From positions 326,430,001 through 326,494,000 of the forward strand of contig OZ024743.1 of assembly GCA_964016885.1 (NCBI GenBank): DNA of 64,000 nt. Direction: 5' to 3'. Source of the stretch: Eledone cirrhosa. Lineage: Eukaryota. The translations under genes and the position numbers were made by a program. This document shows positions 55,651 through 64,000 of this stretch, in pieces (position 1 is the first letter of the stretch; every line of letters begins with the position of its first letter). The notes beneath the pieces are model-generated. The model was not told the origin of the DNA. It saw only the letters and a list, made by a program, of their open reading frames with translations, and searched no databases.

Positions 55651-58600
55651 GAAAATAATGAGATCGTAAATGATAAAGAAATGAATGAGAATGAACTTGC
55701 CAACTTGAAGGATGAAATTATGATCGAATGGATGAAAATGAAAGAATCTGACATGGGGCAACGAGACACCCTCCCTAAGATCCAGAACTCCAAACAGAAC
55801 CAAAAGATAATACACAAGACTAACATAATTCTCAAAAACATTATCATCACAAACAAACTAAACATTACTGATTTAAATCATCTCTATTATGCATCGGCTA
55901 AAGTCATCACTCACTTATGTGGAGTGAAGATGAAAAAACAAAGGAATTCCCACAAGAAATCTACTTGGCAAGAGAACATCAATCGCCAAATAAACCTTCT
56001 CCGATCTGACATAGAAATTTTAACAAACTATAAAGTAGGTGAACATGTTAAACAAACTAAACTTAGAAAATTGAAAAGAAAGTATAGTATAAAATCAACA
56101 AGTGACATAGACATGCTGATAGAAATAATCAAGCAAAAAGTGTCGAGGCGCTTTGAAAAACGATCTAGATTCTATAAGGACAATAATATGTTCAAAAACA
56201 ACCAAAGAAACTTCTACAGAAAAATTGGTAAGTCAACAATAACTGCTAAATCAATACCACCCAAGGAGGAAGTGCAAGAATTATGGGAAAAGATCTGGGC
56301 CGAAGAAAAAGTTCATAACATACATGCCCCATGGATAGACAGACAAATGAAAGATACAGCTCACCCTGAGGAACAAATATGGGAAAACATAACAGTTGAA
56401 CAGTTGCGCTTGGCTCTAAGAAAAACCAGCAAATGGAAATCCCCAGGAAAAGACAAAATACAAAATTTTTGGATAAATGCCTTCACAGAGTCTCATGAGC
56501 TGTTAGCCCAACTTTACAATGAAATAGTTAAGGAGCCAGAAAAGATACCATCATGGCTAGTTAACGGCATTACATTCCTGCTTCCGAAGAATGATGAGAC
56601 AAACAATCCCAAAAATTACAGACCGATAACTTGCTTGACCACAATGTATAAAATTTTAGCATCAGTCCTAACTGAATACACATATGACCACCTGATAACA
56701 AATGACCTATTTCCCATTGAGCAGAAAGGGTGTAAACGAGGCTCATATGGCTGTAAGGATCAGCTTTTGGTTAACAAAATGATACTGGAAGATTGTCATA
56801 GACACAAAAATCTATCAATTGCTTGGATAGATTATAAAAAAGCATTCGATAGTTTGCCACACAGTTGGATTGAAAAATGTTTAGAGATTTTCAAAATATC
56901 CCCCGTTGTCAGGAGGTTTTTGTCATCCAGTATGAAGACATGGAAAACGACACTTCTTTTGAATAGTGAAACAAAATCACTGGAAGCTGGAGAAGTTAAT
57001 ATTAATTGTGGAATTTTTCAGGGTGACTCTTTATCACCGCTTTTATTCTGCATCGCACTTATACCATTAAGTAAAATGCTCAATGAAACAAAACATGGAT
57101 ATAGAGTCTATGACAAAACCATTAATCACTTGTTCTACATGGATGACCTGAAACTATTTGCAAAAAGTGATGAACAATTGCAAGGGCTATTATCCACTGT
57201 GGAGCAGTTCAGTGATGACATTAAAATGGAGTTTGGACTAGATAAATGCGCCAAAGCAACGTTCACCAGAAGAAAGCTGCTGAAGAGTTCAGACATTAAT
57301 CTTGATCGGGAGAACGTGATAAGAGAACTTGATCAAGAAAAAACTTACAAATATCTAGGTGTTTGTGAAGGAGACGGAATCAAGCACTCGACAATGAGGG
57401 AAAGGATAAGGAAGGAATGTTACCGCAGAGTAAGAGCAATCTTAAGAACGGAATTGAATGCAAGGAATAGGATCGATGCCATAAACACGCTTGCCATACC
57501 AGTAGTAACCTACAGTTACAATGTCATCAACTGGTCAAGCACAGAGATCCGTAGGCTCGATACAAAAATTCGAAAATTCTTAACCATGCACAGAATGCAT
57601 CACCCTAAGGCAGATATAGATAGAATATATCTCCCTAGGAAAGAAGGAGGACGTGGGTTAGTCCAGTTAGACATTGCGTTGAAAACTGCAACAATTGGAT
57701 TATCTACATATCTAAGGGAATCACATGATTGGATGATCAAACTCGTTTTGAAACACGAAAGCATCAAAAGATCATATTCCATTACAAAAGATGCACAAAG
57801 ATACAGTAATGGACTACAAATTTCAGAAGTCCCATTTACTGCTGAAATGGAAAACACAGAAAATGCAAAGCAGGTAAAAGTAACTGCAAAGAAAGAATTG
57901 CTACAGAAACTGGCTAAGAAATGGCAAGAAAAGCCTCTGTATGGAAAATACCCAGAACGAGCTAACAATCCTGATGTTGACAAAACTTTAACCCATCAGT
58001 GGTTGGCATCCTCTGGACTGAAATCGGAGACTGAAGGACTGATTATATCAGCACAAGATCAGTGTCTGCCAACAAAAAATTACCAAGCCAACATAATAAA
58101 AAATGGATGCAGCCCATTATGCCGTGTATGCAAAAAACAACCAGAGACCATTGACCATATAATTTCAATGTGCAGTCCTATAGCTCCAACCGAATACCTA
58201 AACAGGCATGACAGAGCTGCACAATACATACATTGGATAATGTGTAAGCATTTTGACCTGCCCCATCAAAAGAATTGGTGGGAGCATCAACCACCTCCCA
58301 TACTTGAAAAAGATCACATCTCAATCTTGTGGAACTTTAGCATCCAAACAGACCGAAAAATAGATGCAAATAGACCTGATATAATATTGAAGGACTTTAA
58401 AAAGAGGGTATGCCTGTTAATTGATATGTCCGTTCCAATAGACAAGAATGTATCTATAAAAACATTTGAAAAATTGAGCAAGTATAAGGACCTGGAGATA
58501 GAAATTGGAAAAATGTGGAAATTGAGAACTAAAACAATACCAGTGGTTGTAGGCGCTCTAGGAATGATACCTAAGGGGTCTAATGATTACTTATCGCAAA

Positions 58601-58829
58601 TCCCAGGAAACCCGCGTATAGGAGAAATACAAAAGATAGTACTAATGGGAACTGCCCATATACTAAGGAAGATTCTGTTAATATAAGTACATCACAAGTC
58701 TAAACACTAAAGATGCATGTGTGAGTGTGTATGTTCTTTCTTGAACATGGCGGACCTTGTTGTCTCTTGAGGTCATTGGTTGTGACTTGGTGATAACTCG
58801 TATGAACATAAAGCAAGATAAATGCAACT

Positions 58830-58830
<1 letters not shown>
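55651..58830 (+). mobile_element. Second, distinct R4/Dong-group RLE retrotransposon, probably 5'-truncated, flanked by (TAA)n
   Basis: Single long ORF and 3' UTR of about 145 bp; TAA arrays at 55624-55650 and 58831-58882. Confidence 0.93.
55681..58686 (+). CDS. Uninterrupted 1001-aa reverse transcriptase / CCHC / restriction-like endonuclease ORF
   Basis: [75 protein letters not shown]. Confidence 0.92.
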   Translation: MNENELANLKDEIMIEWMKMKESDMGQRDTLPKIQNSKQNQKIIHKTNIILKNIIITNKLNITDLNHLYYASAKVITHLCGVKMKKQRNSHKKSTWQENINRQINLLRSDIEILTNYKVGEHVKQTKLRKLKRKYSIKSTSDIDMLIEIIKQKVSRRFEKRSRFYKDNNMFKNNQRNFYRKIGKSTITAKSIPPKEEVQELWEKIWAEEKVHNIHAPWIDRQMKDTAHPEEQIWENITVEQLRLALRKTSKWKSPGKDKIQNFWINAFTESHELLAQLYNEIVKEPEKIPSWLVNGITFLLPKNDETNNPKNYRPITCLTTMYKILASVLTEYTYDHLITNDLFPIEQKGCKRGSYGCKDQLLVNKMILEDCHRHKNLSIAWIDYKKAFDSLPHSWIEKCLEIFKISPVVRRFLSSSMKTWKTTLLLNSETKSLEAGEVNINCGIFQGDSLSPLLFCIALIPLSKMLNETKHGYRVYDKTINHLFYMDDLKLFAKSDEQLQGLLSTVEQFSDDIKMEFGLDKCAKATFTRRKLLKSSDINLDRENVIRELDQEKTYKYLGVCEGDGIKHSTMRERIRKECYRRVRAILRTELNARNRIDAINTLAIPVVTYSYNVINWSSTEIRRLDTKIRKFLTMHRMHHPKADIDRIYLPRKEGGRGLVQLDIALKTATIGLSTYLRESHDWMIKLVLKHESIKRSYSITKDAQRYSNGLQISEVPFTAEMENTENAKQVKVTAKKELLQKLAKKWQEKPLYGKYPERANNPDVDKTLTHQWLASSGLKSETEGLIISAQDQCLPTKNYQANIIKNGCSPLCRVCKKQPETIDHIISMCSPIAPTEYLNRHDRAAQYIHWIMCKHFDLPHQKNWWEHQPPPILEKDHISILWNFSIQTDRKIDANRPDIILKDFKKRVCLLIDMSVPIDKNVSIKTFEKLSKYKDLEIEIGKMWKLRTKTIPVVVGALGMIPKGSNDYLSQIPGNPRIGEIQKIVLMGTAHILRKILLI

Positions 58831-58882
<52 letters not shown>

Positions 58883-58884
<2 letters not shown>

Positions 58885-61800
58885 TTTCTTTATTGACTAC
58901 AAGGGCTGACATCAAGAAAAACATTACAGACGGCACAGGACGGTACAGGACGGTACGATGTGGGTTTTGTGCGTGTAAATATTTTTATTATTTATATAAG
59001 AAAAGAAAAAAAAAGGACATAGAAACATATATAAACATATATAAACAATAAAAATGAAAATTGAAACAATGAAAAATTCCCCAATAGGGGGAATCCTCCG
59101 AGGGTTACTCGTGGCGAAAACCACACAAAAGACCACGGCCACCCTGACCACCAGGGCAAGCGCCCTCTCTCAATTTTTCCATTTCTCAAACTACAGACAT
59201 ATATTCACTCGGACCATTGTCGCTACATTCACCCACCTTTCAACAAACTTGCTAGAAGGCAGCACTTGCCTCTCCACCCTCATTTTCCTCTTCAAGTGAA
59301 ACTTGAAAAAGTTAATTAGGGATTCGCCGAAGAGGAAAGTGTCTGTCTTTAACCCTTTTAACCTTGTCCACCACACAATCTCTTTCGCTATGGCCACCAG
59401 GCAGATGAAAACCGCCTGCCCTTCCTCCTCGAAGGAAGACGGCGAGACCATCTGCACAATGGACTCAGTCGACAACCGGATCAGTCCTACACGCGACAGC
59501 AACTGTTCGACATAGCTCCACAAGTCAGCAATGCTCGGGCACTGAACGAGTGCGTGCACGACGGTTTCGTCGCTCTGCGCGCATCTCGGACAGGCTCGGC
59601 TGACGGCACTTCCGTGCCTGTAGAGCTTATCTCGAACCGGCAGCGCTCCCCGGAAGCACTGCCAGGGATTTTTGGAATATCCATAGGCCCTGGGCTGAAA
59701 GTTCTCAGGAAGAGAGCAAACAGCTGATCTTCTTCGACGCCCAGGATCTCTCCGAGAATGTCGTCGCTCTTCCCCTCCACTAGTCCTCTATAGAACGCCG
59801 AGGTGGATGTTCCACCGATACTGGTGCCCAACTGGCAGAGGGCAGTGAGCGCCTGGAGACATTCCAGTTTCCAAGCGCTATCCCTCGGTCTTTTTCTGAC
59901 CCAGGACTGCAGCTCCGTCAAGGAGACGAGCTGTGGGAAAACGTGCCTGGCGAATGGCGACCACACCTGTTCACCATCAAGGAAGCACCAGAGATGTCGC
60001 AGTCTCAGCGCATGTTTGCGCATCATCAGCCATGGCATGCCCAGTCCTCCACGCAACGGGTGTTGATAGCAGATGGATCGTCTGACCATGGGAGCGCGTC
60101 CCTTCCACAAAAAGCGGAAGAGGAGGTGCTCCATTTTGGTGAGAGTTCGGCTGGAGCAAGGCACGACGGTGAGGCGGTAGCAGATGACGGATGCGATGTA
60201 CGCATTCGCCACCTCCGCCCGGCCTTTTAGGGACAGCTTCCTCTCGGCCCATTTCTGGGTGAGGGAGGCCACCCTGCTCGTCACCTCGTTCCAGTTTTTC
60301 TCCATCTGGAGGTCCGGTCCTAACCAGACCCCGAGCAATTTAACCGGTCGGTCCGTCCAACGCCCCCACGATGCTGTCGGACGGCATGGATTTGCCTCTC
60401 CAGGTGCCGAGCTGCAAGCCCACCGACTTTTCCTGGTTTATCTTTGCTCCTGTCACCGCTTCGTATTCCTTGAGAGCGGTGCCGAGCATCTGGACGTGTC
60501 TGGTGCTCGACACCACCACGGTGATGTCGTCAGCGTAAGCCGACTCGGATTTCCCGCATTCTAGTTCGCGTGGGACGCCCCTCATCGCCCCCAGTTTGTG
60601 CAGTAACGCTCGAGAACCAATACGTACAAGAGGGACGAGAAGGGACACCCCTGGCGGACTGAGCGCATGATGCTGAACGGCTGCGACAGGTGACCGTTCA
60701 CCCTCACAACTGAGCAGATGTCGCTGTACATTGCTGCGATCCTACCCCTGAAAACGGGCCCGAAACCGGCTGCCTCGAGGACCGCCGCCAGGTACCGATG
60801 CTTGACCCTATCGAATGCTTTGGATTGATCCAAGTTGATCAGGGCCCCACCCGTGCCAGGTTCCTTAACCACCCTCTCTATGATGTATCGCATGAGGTGG
60901 AGGTTGTCGTGTATGGATCTGTCCGGAATGGCGCATGTCTGCGCCTCTCCCACCAGACCCTTGACGACAAGCGCCAACCCCGTTGCTAACACCTTGGCCA
61001 AAATCTTGAACTCTGTGTTTAGCAGGCTTATGGGCCTGAAATTATCGATAACATCCCCCTTGTTCGGGTCTTTTCTCAGCAGCGCCACTGCTCACCGGCT
61101 CACAAAACTGGTAATGCTCCCGTTCTGTTGCCAGTTGCAGTAAACATCTGCTCGGTGGAACAAGTCTGGCATAAATGCATAAAGCTCGTAGGGCAGACCA
61201 TCCAAACCTGGCGATTTACCCCTCGTGCAGTTAGCCATCGCTTCCCGTATTTCACCGGCTGTTATTGGCTTTTCGCAACACTGTGCTGCGGTCGTCGAGA
61301 GCCGAGGCAGTCCGTCGAGGTATGCACTGAAGTCCATTCCCCGATCCGGGCCACCACCGCTCCCGACAGTTCAGCAAAGTGCTGCTGAAAAGCTTCACAC
61401 ATCCGCTCGGTTTCGAGCATCACGTACCCGTTTGGGTCAGACAAAGCCCGAATTGTGGCTTTGTTGCCACGTCGCGCCTCTGCCACCCGGGCCCATTGGA
61501 CGGCTTTTGTCCCCTCGTGTTTCAGAGCACGCGCTCTAGCTCTGACAACGCAGCCTTCGTGCTTTGCGTTGAAGAATTTGTCGAGTGCCAATCTCGCCGC
61601 AAGTACGTCGGTTGCGATGCCTGTCCTAAACGCCTCTTTTAGCTTTCTGACTAGCTCTCCCTCTACTCTATTTTCCTCTATCACTACTCTGCTCCTTTGC
61701 TAAACCTAATCGACTCTACTTTAATTTCCCTTTTCAGGGCGAACCACCACCTGTTGTTGACGACCGCTCCCGTCAACGCCCGCTTAACTAATACGCTAAT

Positions 61801-64000
61801 CCGGTCTCTGTAGGCTTTGCGCGGCGGGAAAGACGCGTTCAGCTTCCAGTAACCAGGCCCTTGTCTATGAAGTCTGTCTATGTCGATCTCACAGATCACA
61901 AATTTGTGATCTGTGTAGTCGACTATTTTAAATTGTGGACAACTTATACTAGCCTTATCTAGTTCTCGGCAGAAGACCCTATCGAGATACGATCTGGATG
62001 ACCCGATGCGGTTTGTCCATGTCCACATTGGCACATTCGGGTGATCCAGTCGATACCTGTCAGACAGTTCAAAACGTCTGAGCAGGTTGGTGAGGCTCTT
62101 GCACCCTCATCCCCTATCCACTAGCCCCACACATCCCAGCGAGCATCCAAGATACCGTTCCAGTCGCCCACTAACACTAAAAAGCGGGACGTTCCAAGAA
62201 AGGTCTCTAGACATCTGAAGAAATCTGGCCGTCCTGCCCCTGTTGGGGCGTAGACGGCTACTAGCCTGAAAGCATTGCCTTCGCTGCCGGTCACGTCCAG
62301 CACCACCGACTTACCTTCTGGGGGTAGGAAGATGGCCCGTATCGCGAGATCCAAGCCTCTCCGAAAAAGGACGGCAACCCCTCCCCCCGATCCTGGACGG
62401 CTGGGAGATGCGTATACATCGTAGCCGCCGAAGATCGGGGCGAAGGCTTGTGCTTCGGAGATTCTGGTTTCACTGATGGCCACCACATCTATGTTTAGTG
62501 ACCTGAGGTCGTTGAGCAGGTGACCCTGCTTCCAAGATGACCCCAGGCCACGTGCATTTATACTTCCTATTCTGAGTACGGCCATGTTGGATGAGAAACG
62601 GGGCAAGTAAGAAAGGGTCACTTACCTTGATCGTGTGGTGAAGGGACAGTAGAACTGTCACTTTCGCTGGTCATGCGTGTTTCCAAGAGGATGTCAGTGT
62701 ATATCCTCTTGGTAACCGACCCTCTGAAGTCTCCAACGACGTTGGGGAATTTTTGCTTTAAAGGTTTGTACTGTTCTATTGAGATTTCGATTATGCTTAT
62801 GTTTGTCGGGAGAGTTCTTGGTGTTGGTGGGGTGTAGTAGTTTTTTTCTGTGATGTCTGTGTGCTGCTTTATATATTGTATGAGTTCTTTTTTTGCCATG
62901 TTTATGGCTGTGTACTTTTTGTGGGGAGGGGTGTTGCTGTTTTCTTCTTGTTGCTGTTTGGTGTGTGTGTGTCTTATTGTGTTTGCGTTGTTGGCGTTTT
63001 TGGTGATGCTGGTGGTGGTGTGGTTGTCGATGTCAGTGGTGCTTGTGGTGGTGATGGTGGTGGTGTTGCTGCAAGTTTCCTTGCTGCCTTTACCCCTCTT
63101 TGTATGCCTTCGCTTTTGGAGGGTGAATCTAAGGGTATTTTTCTTTTTTGTTTTTTTTTGTGGCAGACCGTTTGCCACTTCACTCCCGCCTCAAACTCCA
63201 TGTCGGATTCCGTGGCGTCTGGAAGGGGTATGTGCTCCACGGTTGTTGGTGGTGGTAGTGGAGCCCTCTTCGGCAATTTTGTTGCTGGTGTAGCTACTTC
63301 AAATGTAGCTATTGGTGTTGCCGCCACTGATGATGCTGCTTTAGTTGTCCGTGGCCTTGGTACGGGTGCTACGGACGTTGCCCTCCTACTCACCGTGGAA
63401 GGGGTTTCTGCGTTTGTTGCCTGCTCTGCTCTTGGTAGCAGCGGACCAGGTATTGGAAGGAGAGGGGCCTCCTTCTTCGCTGTCTTCTGCGGGCAAAAGG
63501 CCCTGAGGTGACCCTTCGACCCACAGAGATAACATTTTGGCCGTCTTCCTTCTACGCTTATAGGGAGTTGGAGTCCTTCCTCGATGTCTATGATATCGGG
63601 GATAGCGTCGATACATTCCTGGTCAGTTTGTATATGCATTTGCATGCCTATACCTGACCAGTTCTCTCTCCCTATTTTTTCTACTTGCAGCATGGTCGTC
63701 CTGTTCTCGATTCCAGCAAGGACAGACGCGGCCAGCCAAGGTATTGGCACGTCGGGTGGGACCTGGGTCACTTTGACCCTCACAATTGTCTGCCCGCAGT
63801 AGGAGGGCACCAAGACTATCTCCTCACTCTTTAGGGTTTCCAAAGAGTGAGACTTTGCTTCCTGGGGGGTGGCGAAAAGTACGTCTACTGTGGCGTACTT
63901 TCTGCCTCGGGTGATGTGGGTTTTGCGTGCCCAGACGCACCCCAAGGGCTTTTGGATTTGAGCCTCCGTGGCTCTCTCCACCCGATGTAAGATTTTGCTT
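58883..64000 (-). mobile_element. L1/Tx1-clade LINE (ORF1 plus frameshifted ORF2), continues beyond the window
   Basis: ORF1 knuckle CYLCGSKGHLRAFC; APE SINARGL, ISET, VYAP, GDWN, TDH; GPGYWKLN; RT KSPGLDG, FRPISLLN, RQGCP, YADD; AATAAA then (ATT)n. Confidence 0.93.
62974..63981 (-). CDS. L1/Tx1 ORF1 (zinc knuckle, Pro/Thr-rich tail); true start may lie outside the window
   Basis: 335-aa ORF with C-x2-C-x4-H-x4-C upstream of the APE-RT ORF2. Confidence 0.7.
   Translation of the reverse strand: MERATEAQIQKPLGCVWARKTHITRGRKYATVDVLFATPQEAKSHSLETLKSEEIVLVPSYCGQTIVRVKVTQVPPDVPIPWLAASVLAGIENRTTMLQVEKIGRENWSGIGMQMHIQTDQECIDAIPDIIDIEEGLQLPISVEGRRPKCYLCGSKGHLRAFCPQKTAKKEAPLLPIPGPLLPRAEQATNAETPSTVSRRATSVAPVPRPRTTKAASSVAATPIATFEVATPATKLPKRAPLPPPTTVEHIPLPDATESDMEFEAGVKWQTVCHKKKQKRKIPLDSPSKSEGIQRGVKAARKLAATPPPSPPQAPLTSTTTPPPASPKTPTTQTQ

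Overview
AT-rich, microsatellite-dense animal DNA. The tRNA-SINE set and the (AT)n/(CA)n/(TATG)n load suggest an octopod cephalopod, but that is inference. I see no convincing host exon; the window is almost entirely transposon-derived. It holds several Penelope-like elements (RT, CNC-x5-CP-x4-C linker, GIY-YIG; Naiad-like), three R4/Dong-type RLE retrotransposons (two in a TAA array, one between CATA arrays), an RTE LINE with three C-terminal C2H2 fingers, an L1/Tx1 LINE, a Gypsy element lacking RT, Helitrons, a mariner MITE and many SINEs. The main signal the ORF track misses is at least 12 type I hammerhead ribozyme motifs. Two of them lie in a young, non-coding, highly structured 468-bp unit present as circularly permuted tandem and inverted copies at 44265-45533. 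This looks like a retrozyme/circular-RNA element, and its inversion breakpoint is 6 nt from the predicted self-cleavage site. All motifs and alignments were read by eye; no searches or folding programs were run.
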